The notes under the pieces are model-generated. The model searched no databases. It saw nothing but the letters and a program-made list of their open reading frames with translations, and was not told the DNA's origin. DNA of 64,000 nt from an uncultured delta proteobacterium. Its GTDB lineage: Bacteria; Myxococcota_A; Polyangia; Fen-1088. Of the stretch, positions 1 to 9,470 are shown in pieces; the stretch's first letter is position 1, and every line of letters starts with the position of its first letter. The stretch spans positions 544,001 to 608,000 of the forward strand of contig CAWCMR010000013.1 of NCBI GenBank assembly GCA_963796685.1. Direction: 5' to 3'. Made by a program: the position numbers and the translations under genes.

Positions 1-449
1 CCGTCGATGTCCGCCAGCAGCGGCACCTGGATGAGGGGCTCCGCGCCGATGGCGCGCGCATACGCCACGGCCTTGTCGAATTGGGCATCGTCGAAGGGAT
101 CGGCCATGTTCGCGTCGTTGTTGTACCCGCCGACGCGCATGATGGCCGGCCGAAGCGGGGCGATGGCGGCCTCGGTCCCGCTGACGTCGTCCTCGTAGCT
201 CGGCATCCAATTCCAGTAATTCACCGACAGGGTCGTCGTGCGTGGTTTGCGGGTGGCGGCCGACACGACGATGGTGCCGGTGGCAGGCTGGACAGCGCTG
301 TCGGGGATTCCACCATCGCTGCTCGCGAGTGGCTGGCTCGAGCAGGCCGCGACTTCGGCGAGAAGCAAGAGTCGGCAGGCGTAAGGCAGTCTCCGTTTGT
401 GAGTGTTCGGTGTTCCCGTTCCATTTACATCAAAGGCAAGCTTGGTCAT
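1..449 (-). CDS. Putative glycoside hydrolase (clan GH-A-like TIM barrel) lipoprotein, 5' part; runs off the window start
   Basis: Not in the ORF track; translated by hand from ATG 449 with an AAGGAG RBS upstream: MTKLAFDVNG...RLLLLAEVAAC-SSQP...TLSVNYWNWMPSYEDDVSGTEAAIAPLRPAIMRVGGYNNDANMADPFDDAQFDKAVAYARAIGAEPLIQVPLL. It has a lipobox-like VAAC and the 'RxGG...D.F...AR.IGAEP.IQV' pattern typical of GH44/GH51/GH79-type barrels. Confidence 0.7.
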   Translation of the reverse strand, partial: MTKLAFDVNGTGTPNTHKRRLPYACRLLLLAEVAACSSQPLASSDGGIPDSAVQPATGTIVVSAATRKPRTTTLSVNYWNWMPSYEDDVSGTEAAIAPLRPAIMRVGGYNNDANMADPFDDAQFDKAVAYARAIGAEPLIQVPLLADID

Positions 450-532
450 GATCACTATCTCTCCTTGTTCTTTCGTGCAGACGGAATCGCCTTAGCACCG
501 CCTCGGCCACCATGGATACGAGCAACGTCAAC

Positions 533-549
533 AGCAATAGCCATGCCAA
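533..549 (-). promoter_or_regulatory. sigma54 (-24/-12) promoter upstream of the GH-like gene
   Basis: Minus strand reads TTGGCATGGCTATTGCT, i.e. GG-N10-GC, nearly matching TGGCACRNNNNTTGCW. It is intergenic, about 85 bp upstream of ATG 449. Confidence 0.75.
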
Positions 550-593
550 TAGGAGGATTCTGCTGTCACCGGCGAGTGCCCCGCTCTGCCGAA

Positions 594-1514
594 TTACTTG
601 TTGACGAGGTACAGATCGTCGATCCAGAAGTCGAAGGTGAGCGATGGTGCTCCACCGGCACATTTGAAGTTTGGATTTGTCGCGCAGAACGGCAGATCGA
701 CCTCGAAAAGGATGCCGTAAACGTGCTTCGAATCGAGCACGCTAGGATCGGGTCGGTAACCCCAGGTCGGGTTCTGTTGAAGGCTTGGGAAATCTATCGT
801 GTACCGCGTAAGCGTGTCCGTCAAAGCGACTGCGATGCCGAACCCATTGTAGCAGGCGCCATCTGTGCTTGGATCCGCGGCGTTGCAGATGCCGCCTCGT
901 GGATCGGTATTGATGTCCCTGAGCTGAACAAGGATGGTCTTGGCACCGGCGCTATCGGCCATCCCCCAGAACGTTATGCCCGAGTACGCGCTGAGGTCTA
1001 CCGGAACACTCGGAAAATCGAGGCTACTGCTCTGTGTGCACGGTTGCCCACCGATCGAAACACCGGCGTCCAGCCTGCCAGAGAGATCTGCCTGGCCGCC
1101 GTCGCCACTCGGCAGCTGGGTAAAATCGATCCCCATCAACGCCCCCCAGATACCGACCAGCGGCGAAGTGGTGCGCAGGCGAGCGGCGTGGGAGCTGGTG
1201 ATGCCCGGAAAGGTTTCGTTGGGAGTGGAATAGGCTGCATAGAACCAACCATGTGGATCGACAGAATGCGGAACTGGGGAGATGCGCTCACCCTCGGTGC
1301 AATCGGTGTTGGTCCACCAGGTTCCGGGAGGCACGCCGGGGAGTGCCACCCACTGAATCGATCCACTCTCTCCCTCCATGTCATCGATCTTCGTGTAGCC
1401 GGCCTGCGCACTGTCGTTGCTCGCCTTTTCGCTCGAACAAGACCCGGCGCACACAAGCAGGGAGACCACCAGGATCGCCCGTTCGGTGAGCATCTGGACG
1501 ATCATCATCGCCAT
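594..1514 (-). CDS. Lipoprotein with CBM11/CIA30-like carbohydrate-binding beta-sandwich
   Basis: Lipobox-like LLVCAGSC; motifs KIDDMEG, VDLSAYSGITFW, YTIDF..LQQ...WG and FDFWIDDLYL. Confidence 0.7.
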   Translation of the reverse strand: MAMMIVQMLTERAILVVSLLVCAGSCSSEKASNDSAQAGYTKIDDMEGESGSIQWVALPGVPPGTWWTNTDCTEGERISPVPHSVDPHGWFYAAYSTPNETFPGITSSHAARLRTTSPLVGIWGALMGIDFTQLPSGDGGQADLSGRLDAGVSIGGQPCTQSSSLDFPSVPVDLSAYSGITFWGMADSAGAKTILVQLRDINTDPRGGICNAADPSTDGACYNGFGIAVALTDTLTRYTIDFPSLQQNPTWGYRPDPSVLDSKHVYGILFEVDLPFCATNPNFKCAGGAPSLTFDFWIDDLYLVNK

Positions 1515-1515
1515 C

Positions 1516-2202
1516 CTACTGCAGGCTGATGGTGTCGACGTGCAGGACGAACTTCCCCGATTGACCGTCGGGCAATTGTGCGTCGACCGTGAACCGAATG
1601 CTGTCGACTCGTCCCAGACACGCCACCGGTCCCCCCTTGATGTGCGTCGCTAGCCAAGGGGGCGAATTGAAGCCGTTCAGCTCCAGCGTGAACGACTGCC
1701 AATAGCTCTTGTAGTCCACGCCCTGATTGACATACAGGTCACCTGGCAAAGAGCCATCCTCGGTACGCGCAGTGGTGCAGCCGATTTCTACGTACATCAG
1801 TGCGTTGCTTGGGATAGGAGGGTTGCCCGATTCGAGCTTGGCGCTGAACTGGATCCTACTAAAGCGTGTGAAGTCCTCGGACGCGCCCGTGTAGGTCGAC
1901 GTAGCTATGCTGGCACCGCCGTGTTGCTGCGTTCCATCTGGCGGGTCCACAATGTTGGCCTGCAAGAACAGCGAAAAACTACTCTGATCACCGGCGTCGT
2001 GATCGCAGTTGCATTGGTTCGTGTTCGGGTTGTACGCGTCGCACCACCAGGCTTGAAAGTTCGGGTCGGCGGGTCGCAAGTCGCCGTCGTCGAAATCGTC
2101 GATGATGTAGGGTCCCGGGTCGACGGTATGAACGTCGAAACAGCCGCCAGCACCGAGCACGGCCAGCAGGAGCGGGAGGTTCAGGGCGGCCCGGCTCACC
2201 AT
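1516..2202 (-). CDS. Second CBM11/CIA30-like lipoprotein
   Basis: Signal peptide LLLAVLGAGGC; motifs IIDDFDDGD, DFTRFSRIQFSAK, WQSFTLEL and FVLHVDTISL. The start ATG 2202 overlaps the end of the upstream gene. Confidence 0.65.
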   Translation of the reverse strand: MVSRAALNLPLLLAVLGAGGCFDVHTVDPGPYIIDDFDDGDLRPADPNFQAWWCDAYNPNTNQCNCDHDAGDQSSFSLFLQANIVDPPDGTQQHGGASIATSTYTGASEDFTRFSRIQFSAKLESGNPPIPSNALMYVEIGCTTARTEDGSLPGDLYVNQGVDYKSYWQSFTLELNGFNSPPWLATHIKGGPVACLGRVDSIRFTVDAQLPDGQSGKFVLHVDTISLQ

Positions 2203-3332
2203 GTGCTGCTCCATGCGACGTTGGCCGATGCGCCTCCGCCCCACCCGAAGGAGATCTCGCTTGCTTGACGTCCGTGCGTGTGATGGAGGTAGAGCAACGC
2301 GGCGCCTGCGGCCACGAGCGTCCCGCTGGCGATGGACAAACCCAAGATGACATGGTTGGTGCGAGTGAGCGATGCCGCAAGCGAGTTATTGGCGTCGGCG
2401 CGCTCGCGGTACGCGGCGGTCCCGATGGTGTCGTTCTTGAGCGCGGCGTCTCCGGCCTGCCAGTCCTGGTACCGTCCGCGATTCCACAGGTAGACCCCAA
2501 GCGCCGCACCACCGAGCGCCACGCCCAAGCCAGCGGCGGAATAGCCCACGATGGCCATCGTGCGTCGTCGATCTTGGGTGTTGGGCTCGGGTCGTTGCTC
2601 AAGTATTGCAACCGACGGTGCCTTGGCATTTGCCGGGGGCACAGATTGTGCGGGCAGGGCAGCAGGAGGCACCTGGGCCGACGGAGGCTCAGCCTTCGCG
2701 ACTTTCGCTGCCGCTGCGGGCGCGGTGGGCATCTCCAGGCTCAACACCTGATAGTCGCCCGGCGCGAGGGTCACGGTTCGATTGATTGCGGCCATTCCTT
2801 CCATGGCCGCGGAGACCTTGTGCGTTCCGGCTGCAAGTCTAACCGGCTGGTAGAGCGGCGTACGCCCAACCTCGGTTCCATCGACCCCAATTAGAGCTCC
2901 GGGTTGGTCAGTGGTGATGGTCAGCTCGGCAAAAAGCGACTCGAGCAGCGCAATTTGAGCCTGCACCGCCTGGCGCCGATCCGGCGGAACCTGCTCCTGA
3001 CCATCGCGCAGGTACTTGGAGAGGCTTTGGACCGCTTCCGCGGGACGGCCCAGCGCGAACTCGGCCTGACCTATATTGTAGAGGACGGCAAAATTCGGGC
3101 TGACCTGGTAGGCCTCGGTGAACTCTTGCAACGCACCTTCGTAGTCGGCCTGGCCTGCCAGCTCGAGTCCCCGGGCGAAGTGTAGTCTTGCAGCCTCGCG
3201 CGCATCCCCAGATGACTGCCCGGCGGTTGACTCCTCGGTCGCTCTTGCTGAAGTCGACCAGCCCAACACGGTCAGCAGGATCACCGGAATCCGCGACATA
3301 AACACCTGTTGGAAGTAGTCAGCACGTCCCAT
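2196..3332 (-). CDS. Secreted TPR + PEGA domain protein
   Basis: Signal peptide (alternative start 3299, MSRIPV...ARA); TPR (AARLHFARG...ALQEFTEAY...VLYNIGQAE); PEGA (GALIGVDG.EVGRTPL...GTHKV); Pro/Ala linker; two hydrophobic segments; C-terminal beta-strand ending in W. Confidence 0.8.
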   Translation of the reverse strand: MGRADYFQQVFMSRIPVILLTVLGWSTSARATEESTAGQSSGDAREAARLHFARGLELAGQADYEGALQEFTEAYQVSPNFAVLYNIGQAEFALGRPAEAVQSLSKYLRDGQEQVPPDRRQAVQAQIALLESLFAELTITTDQPGALIGVDGTEVGRTPLYQPVRLAAGTHKVSAAMEGMAAINRTVTLAPGDYQVLSLEMPTAPAAAAKVAKAEPPSAQVPPAALPAQSVPPANAKAPSVAILEQRPEPNTQDRRRTMAIVGYSAAGLGVALGGAALGVYLWNRGRYQDWQAGDAALKNDTIGTAAYRERADANNSLAASLTRTNHVILGLSIASGTLVAAGAALLYLHHTHGRQASEISFGWGGGASANVAWSSTW

Positions 3333-3338
3333 GCCACC

Positions 3339-4802
3339 TCAGTTTCCATACGGATTCTGCGTGTCGAACGTGACTCGCGCCGCGCGCGCATCGGTGGCAC
3401 CCGGGGGCGGAACGGCAAGCGAGGGTGCGGGCGCCGGGTCCAGAGATCTTCTCGGACGTCCGGCTGGACGTCCAAACGGACGTCCGCCGTGGCTCCGTGC
3501 GAGCCTCGGACGAACATCCGCCTCTGATGCTCGATCAGCGACTGCCGTTGACGCCTGACCGCTCGCATTGCGTTCCTTGCCTTCTCTGTTTTCCCGCGGC
3601 ATCGATGGCGCTGGCAAATCCAAGGAACGAGCTGGTGGAGGAACTGCAAGTTGGGCTTCTTTGGGCTGGACGCGATGGCTCGCGGATTCGGCGGTAGCTG
3701 CCGTCACGTTAGAGTGTTGGGACCTTCGCGCTGCCATCGTCATCGCGATGGCGGCAACCGCGACCAGTCCGGCACTGACCGCGAGGATGATCCGCGGACG
3801 TCGGGGCTTTCGCGGTGGCTGTGCCGATGCGGGAATGGTGGCGGCGTCGAAATCGGTCGACCGCCAGCCTGGCGTTGGGGACGCCGCGCGCACAGCCGAT
3901 ACAGTGTCCATGCTCTTCGCCGAGGGCCACACCTCCCGCTTCGCGAACGGTGCCAGCTCGAGCTCCAACGCCTCCACGGAGGCGTGACGTTGATTACGAT
4001 CGCACGACAGCGCGCGCTCGACCGCATCCACGAGCACCCCGGGCAGATCCGGTTGCACAGCATGCAGGGACAGTGCCGGTTGCGTGGCGATATGGTGCAA
4101 GACCGCGTTGTGCGAATCGCCCGGATGGGGCGGCTTGCCCGAGAGCATCTCGAACAAGATCGCCGCCAGTCCGTAGACGTCGGTCCTGTGATCGATGCTC
4201 TTGTCGCCGCGCGCCTGCTCGGGTGACATGTACGCCGGGGTTCCGAGGATGGTTCCGGTGCGCGTGGCCGCGCTATTGAGCTCGACCTGTTCCAGCTTGG
4301 CAATGCCGAAGTCGAGCACCTTGACCAGATCGGTCCCGTCCTCGCGCCGACACAGAAACAGATTCTCTGGCTTGAGATCGCGGTGGACGATGCCAGCGGC
4401 ATGGGCCGCCATCATTCCGCGACAAGCCTGCAGGCAAATGTCGACGGCCCGCCAAACCGAAAGGCACCCTTCGCGCGCCAGCAAGGATCCCAGGCTTTCA
4501 CCCACCAGGTGCTCCATGACGAGGTACGGCGTGCCGTCGGCAAGAATGCCGAAGTCGATGGCTGCCGCGATGTTTTCGCTTTCGAGCGCTCCAGCGGCCT
4601 GGGCCTCGCGATGAAACCTGGTCAGGAGATCGCGGCGGTCGGCGAGATCGGGGCGAAGGAACTTGACGGCAAAACGTCGCTTGACCACGGCGTGCTGGGC
4701 CTCATAGACCACCCCCATTCCCCCTTCCGCGATCAGACGAAGGATGCGGTACTTGTCCCCGACGAGCTCGCCCACCCGGGTGGTCTGCGACTTGGTGCTC
4801 AC
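3339..4802 (-). CDS. Membrane-anchored Hanks-type Ser/Thr protein kinase
   Basis: Motifs EGGMGVVY, AVKFL, HRDLKPEN, DFG, GTPAYMSPEQ and DVY; TM segment IILAVSAGLVAVAAIAM; Pro/Ala tail ending DTQNPYGN. The GTG start at 4802 overlaps the upstream TGA (GTGA). Confidence 0.95.
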   Translation of the reverse strand: MSTKSQTTRVGELVGDKYRILRLIAEGGMGVVYEAQHAVVKRRFAVKFLRPDLADRRDLLTRFHREAQAAGALESENIAAAIDFGILADGTPYLVMEHLVGESLGSLLAREGCLSVWRAVDICLQACRGMMAAHAAGIVHRDLKPENLFLCRREDGTDLVKVLDFGIAKLEQVELNSAATRTGTILGTPAYMSPEQARGDKSIDHRTDVYGLAAILFEMLSGKPPHPGDSHNAVLHHIATQPALSLHAVQPDLPGVLVDAVERALSCDRNQRHASVEALELELAPFAKREVWPSAKSMDTVSAVRAASPTPGWRSTDFDAATIPASAQPPRKPRRPRIILAVSAGLVAVAAIAMTMAARRSQHSNVTAATAESASHRVQPKEAQLAVPPPARSLDLPAPSMPRENREGKERNASGQASTAVADRASEADVRPRLARSHGGRPFGRPAGRPRRSLDPAPAPSLAVPPPGATDARAARVTFDTQNPYGN

Positions 4803-6196
4803 CGCCCAGCCTCCTTGCGCGCTTGCTCTTGCTCGCGCAACCCCTCGAGATCGACAGCTTGGCCCTCCATCAAGCGGTAGGCACGCTGGCGCGAGATCCC
4901 CAGCATCGCCGCCGCGCGAGCGACGTTGCCACCCGAGGCGCGCAAGGCGGAGACCAGCGCCGGAAGCTCCACGGGTTCGAGCGGCTCCGCCTTGATGGCC
5001 GCCTTTGGCGGGCCTGGAAGGGGCCGAGCCGTTTCGGCCGTCACCGTTTGGGTTGGCGACGGGGTGCCGATTCGCCCCGGCAGGTGGGATGCCTTCCAGG
5101 TCGATTCGCCACCGTGCAAAACCATGAGCCGGCGAACGAGCAGCAGGAGCTCGCGGACATTGAACGGCCAGTCGTGGAGACACAGCCGCTCGACGAGATC
5201 GGCTTCGACCGACGGCACCGCCCCCTCTCCCAGCTCGGTCAAGAAATGGGAAAACAGCGGCGACACATCCTCGCGCCGGCTACGCAGCGGCGGCAAGTGG
5301 ACGGTCACCCCGTCGAGCCGCGCCAGCAGATCGGGTCGGAAGCGACCCTGGCGCGAAGCCTCCAGCAGCGACTGCTGCCCCGCGACCACGACGCGGACAT
5401 CGATCGGGATCGGACGGATCTCTCCCAGCGGTTGGACCTCGTGCTCTTCGAGCACGCGCAGCAGCTTGGCCTGCAACGGAAGGGGAAGATCCGTCACCTC
5501 GTCGAGCAACAAGGTTCCGCCCTCGGCGCTGCGGAAGAATCCCGGATTCGGCTTGTCCGCGCCGGTGAAGGCACCGCGCCGATACCCGAACAATTCACCC
5601 TCGGCCAGCGCCTCGGGCAACGCCGCGCAATTGACGGCCACGAGCGGGCCCGAGCGCCCGCTCCACTTGTGTAAACTGCGGGTAACAACCTCTTTTCCGG
5701 TTCCAGTCTCGCCTTCGAGGATGACGGGCAGATCGCTCGAAGCAGCTCGCTGCAACGGCGCCAACACCGACTGCAGCGTCGCGCCTCCGTACAGACCGGG
5801 GGCGATCTCCCTCCATGCACCACGCCCCGCGGTTACCACGCCCAACCAGCCGCCGAGACGAACCACGTCCCCTCGACGAAGAGGGGACGCGGATACTCGC
5901 TGCCCGTTGACCCAAACTCCGTTGCGGCTGCCTAGATCGACCACCTCGACGCCAAGACCAGCGGTGTCTTGGCGCAGAGAAGCGTGGCGGCGTGAAACGT
6001 CGTTCCCCAGCAGATGAATGGGACATCCTTCCTCGCGCCCGACAATCAGCTCTCCCGCATTCGCCCATCCCAAACCAACCGCTGGTTGGGACGGTTGTGG
6101 GAACATCCAGGTGAGCACCATGTCCAACGAGTTGACCTCGCTCCGCGAGCTTGCGCTGGTCGTCGCCACCGTCGTATTGCCCGCACCCGATCCCAT
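4799..6196 (-). CDS. FHA-domain sigma54-dependent enhancer-binding protein (FHA-AAA+-Fis HTH)
   Basis: FHA motifs (VGR...VSRRHA...DLGSRNG); Walker A GETGTGKE; GAFTGA; LLLDE; WPFNVREL; C-terminal HTH GNVARAAAMLGISR. Confidence 0.93.
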   Translation of the reverse strand: MGSGAGNTTVATTSASSRSEVNSLDMVLTWMFPQPSQPAVGLGWANAGELIVGREEGCPIHLLGNDVSRRHASLRQDTAGLGVEVVDLGSRNGVWVNGQRVSASPLRRGDVVRLGGWLGVVTAGRGAWREIAPGLYGGATLQSVLAPLQRAASSDLPVILEGETGTGKEVVTRSLHKWSGRSGPLVAVNCAALPEALAEGELFGYRRGAFTGADKPNPGFFRSAEGGTLLLDEVTDLPLPLQAKLLRVLEEHEVQPLGEIRPIPIDVRVVVAGQQSLLEASRQGRFRPDLLARLDGVTVHLPPLRSRREDVSPLFSHFLTELGEGAVPSVEADLVERLCLHDWPFNVRELLLLVRRLMVLHGGESTWKASHLPGRIGTPSPTQTVTAETARPLPGPPKAAIKAEPLEPVELPALVSALRASGGNVARAAAMLGISRQRAYRLMEGQAVDLEGLREQEQARKEAGR

Positions 6197-6391
6197 ACCG
6201 GTCCCTAATTGGGCTCAAGGGAATGAAGAAACACACCCATCCGCGCAATGCTGACATTCCGCACGCCACCGTGCCAGCCGGAACCAACACCCGTTGGCAG
6301 GTCACGTTGGCCGGAAGGGGCCGCGGGCGGGCATCCGGGCTACGCGACAGGCGTCCTACGCTTCGGTAAGCGCTTCGTCCTACGATTCCTC

Positions 6392-8434
6392 CTACGATTC
6401 GTCGAGCGCTTCGTCGAGCACCTCGCGCACCTTGCACCGCAGGTCGTTCAGAGTGAACGGCTTGGTGATGAGGTGTGTTCCGGGATCGAGGGCTCCGTGG
6501 TTGTCGATGGCCTCGCCGGTGTAGCCCGACATGTACAGGATCCTGACATCCGGCCGTGCCTTTGCCAGTTGCTCCGCGAACACCCTGCCGCCCATCTCGG
6601 GCATCACCACGTCGGTCAGGACAAGATGAATCTTTTCCGACCTCTGTTCGCACATGCGGAGCGCCTCGATGCCATTCGAGGCCGCCAGCACGGTGTAGCC
6701 GGCGCGGGCCAACACTTGTTTCGCCAGATCGCGGACCGCAGGTTCGTCCTCGACGATGAGGATGGTTTCGTCGCCGGTCGTACGCACGGCGATCTGCGAG
6801 ATGGCGGGCGACGCCTGCTGGATGGCCGACTCGATGCGGGGCAAGAAGATCTTGAACGTCGTCCCCTTGCCGAGCTCGCTGCGGACAAGGACTTCCCCGC
6901 CGCTTTGCCGGACGATGCCGTAGACGGTCGACAAGCCGAGCCCCGTTCCCTTGCCGCGCTCCTTCGTAGTGAAGAACGGCTCGAAAATGCGCTCGCAGGT
7001 CCTGGCATCCATGCCACAGCCCGTGTCCGAGACCGCCACCATGACGTAAGGGCCTGGCTTGACCGTCGAGCCACCGAGGATGAAAGCATCGTCGAGCTCG
7101 ACGTTGGCGGTCTCGATGGTCAACCTGCCGCCGGTGGGCATGGCGTCGCGGGCATTCACCACCAGGTTCATGAGTACCTGTTCGATTTGGCTTGGGTCCG
7201 CCATCACGAAACCGAGATCGGGCGCAAGCGAAGGCACGATGGCGATGTCTTCGCCAAGAATGCGGTGGAGCATCTTCTCCAATTCGGTGGCCACGCGATT
7301 CAAATCGAGCGCCACGGGCTGCAGGATCTGCTTGCGACTGAATGCCAGGAGCTGCCGAATCAAGGTCGCGGCGCGGTCGGAGGCCTTCTTTACCTCGGCC
7401 AGTTGATGCCAGCGCGGATCCCCTTCGTCGGTGGCATCGAGCACGAGATCGGTGAAGGTCCCGATCACGTACAGCATGTTGTTGAAGTCGTGGGCGATGC
7501 CTCCAGCCAGGCTACCGATGGCTTCCATCTTCTGCGATGTGCGCAATTGATCCTTCAGCCGTTCGCGCTCCGTTTCCGCTTGCCTGTCCTGCGTGACATC
7601 CCTGACGACTTGGGCCAGGGAGACGACCTCGCCGTGCTCGTCCATGGTGGGCCATGCGACCAGGCTGTAGTACCTGCCGTTCTCTTCGTACTCGCCCATG
7701 CACGGTCTGCGTTCGGCGATGGATTGCAGGCACGGACAGCCCGCAATGGGGAAGCTCCTGCCATGCATCAGCTCGAAGCACTTCTTCCCCAGGATCTCCT
7801 CCCTCGGCCGAGCGAGCGCCAGGCAGCCGGCATGGTTGACTTCGAGGATGTCGTGCTCGCGTGAAAGCACGAACACCATGTCCGTGATGGCATTGAAGGT
7901 ATTGCCCCAATTTTCATTCGAGCGACGCAGGGCCGCCTCGACGCGCGTGCGCCCGGCCAGCTCCTTCTCGAGCTCGCGGGTGCGGAGCGCGACCTGCTCT
8001 TCCAGGTGTTCCTTTACCAGGCGCTGCATGCGATTGGCGGCCTTGAGCTTGACCATGGCCCGCAGCTGCGCCACCAGCTCCTGGTCGTTCCACGGCTTGC
8101 TCAAGAAGCCCTCGGCGCCAAGCTCAAGGGCCATCACCCGGCTTTCTTGATTGGTCCCGAGCGCGGTCAGGAAGATCACCGGAATATCCTTCATTCTTTC
8201 GTCCGCCTTGAGCCTGCGGCACACCTCGAAGCCGTCGATGTCCGGCATCACGATTTCGAGCAAGATCGCGTCCGGATCCTCGGCCCTGGCAATCTCGACG
8301 CCCGTGGCGCCTTCGAATGCGATCAACAATCGATAGCTGGGCAGGGCCTGGCCAAGCACGGCCTCCAGGGCGATGAGGTTGTCGCGGCGGTCGTCGATGG
8401 CGAGAATCTTGGGTCCCTTGGCATCCATGCGCAT
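6392..8434 (-). CDS. Hybrid sensor histidine kinase REC-PAS-HisKA-HATPase-REC
   Basis: H-box AGGIAHDFNN, N-box NLVVNARDAM, DTGCGM, FFTTK, GTGLGL; C-terminal REC with TDVVMP; N-terminal REC with LLEIVMP. Confidence 0.93.
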   Translation of the reverse strand: MRMDAKGPKILAIDDRRDNLIALEAVLGQALPSYRLLIAFEGATGVEIARAEDPDAILLEIVMPDIDGFEVCRRLKADERMKDIPVIFLTALGTNQESRVMALELGAEGFLSKPWNDQELVAQLRAMVKLKAANRMQRLVKEHLEEQVALRTRELEKELAGRTRVEAALRRSNENWGNTFNAITDMVFVLSREHDILEVNHAGCLALARPREEILGKKCFELMHGRSFPIAGCPCLQSIAERRPCMGEYEENGRYYSLVAWPTMDEHGEVVSLAQVVRDVTQDRQAETERERLKDQLRTSQKMEAIGSLAGGIAHDFNNMLYVIGTFTDLVLDATDEGDPRWHQLAEVKKASDRAATLIRQLLAFSRKQILQPVALDLNRVATELEKMLHRILGEDIAIVPSLAPDLGFVMADPSQIEQVLMNLVVNARDAMPTGGRLTIETANVELDDAFILGGSTVKPGPYVMVAVSDTGCGMDARTCERIFEPFFTTKERGKGTGLGLSTVYGIVRQSGGEVLVRSELGKGTTFKIFLPRIESAIQQASPAISQIAVRTTGDETILIVEDEPAVRDLAKQVLARAGYTVLAASNGIEALRMCEQRSEKIHLVLTDVVMPEMGGRVFAEQLAKARPDVRILYMSGYTGEAIDNHGALDPGTHLITKPFTLNDLRCKVREVLDEALDES

Positions 8435-8531
8435 CTCCCTGCTCGGCGGCTCAGACTAGCCCATCGTCCTCACCCTATCGGACGATCCGCCACCGATCCG
8501 AAGCGCAATTCGTACGAGTTTCGACACGTGA

Positions 8532-9470
8532 CTACGTCAAGAGCCAGCCCCTAACAAGGCGCGCCATGGCCGAAGGCACGAGGGGCTGATAGGAGCGAAG
8601 GTTGATCTCCTCGCGGCGAAACCAGGTGCGCTGCCGGCGAGCATAGGCCGCGGTGGCCGATTTGATGTCGGCCACGGCCGCCTCCAAGGTCGAGGCGCCG
8701 TCGAGATACGAGCCGAGCTGCTTGTAGCCGAGCGCCTGCATCGAGCGCGCGGCGGCAAAACCGGCCGTGCGCAAGGCACGGACCTCGTCGAGAAACCCGG
8801 CGGACATCATGTGGTCCACACGTGCGGCGATGCGCACACGCAAGGTATCCATGTCGAATTCGAGGAGCACGGAAAAGAGCCGCACCGGCGCAGGCGGAAC
8901 CGCCTTCTTGCGCCGCTGTTCGCTGATGGTGACACCGGTTTGCTCGTACACCTCCAGCGCGCGGCTGATACGCACGAGATCGCCGGGGAGGATTTTCGCG
9001 GCGGCCTCCGGATCGATGACGCGCAGTCGCTCGTGCAAGGCCGGGACGCCTTGTCTTCCGGCTTCCTCCTGATGGCGAGCGCGAATCGCCGGGTCGGGTC
9101 GTGGCGCCTCGAAGAGACCCCGCACGAGCGCCCGATAGTAGAGCCCCGTGCCTCCCACGACGATGGGCAGGCGTTCGCGCGCCTCGGCGTCTTGGATGAG
9201 CGTGCTTGCGGCCTTGGCCCACGCCGCGGCGTGAAATTGTTCGTCGGGCGCAACCAGATCGAGAAGGTGATGGGGAACCGCCGCGCGCTCCGTGGGCGTG
9301 GCCTTGGCCGTGCCGATGTCCATCCCGCGATAGACCTGCATCGAATCGCAGCACAGGATTTCGCCGCCCAGCCGTTCGGCCAGATCGAGAGCCAGCGCGC
9401 TCTTGCCCGAGGCCGTCGGGCCGAGAATCGCGACCGCGGGGGGAAGGCGGTGCGACCTGCCGGCCGACAT
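8532..9470 (-). CDS. miaA: tRNA dimethylallyltransferase
   Basis: Motifs GPTASGKS, DSMQVYRGMDIGTAK, VGGTGLY and YARRQRTWF. ATG overlaps the mutL stop (TGATG), the classic mutL-miaA pair. Confidence 0.96.
   Translation of the reverse strand: MSAGRSHRLPPAVAILGPTASGKSALALDLAERLGGEILCCDSMQVYRGMDIGTAKATPTERAAVPHHLLDLVAPDEQFHAAAWAKAASTLIQDAEARERLPIVVGGTGLYYRALVRGLFEAPRPDPAIRARHQEEAGRQGVPALHERLRVIDPEAAAKILPGDLVRISRALEVYEQTGVTISEQRRKKAVPPAPVRLFSVLLEFDMDTLRVRIAARVDHMMSAGFLDEVRALRTAGFAAARSMQALGYKQLGSYLDGASTLEAAVADIKSATAAYARRQRTWFRREEINLRSYQPLVPSAMARLVRGWLLT

Noticed and set aside
6261-6277. sigma54 promoter for the FHA-EBP operon (TGGCACGGTGGCGTGC)
   Set aside because: GG-to-GC spacing is 11, not the required 10.
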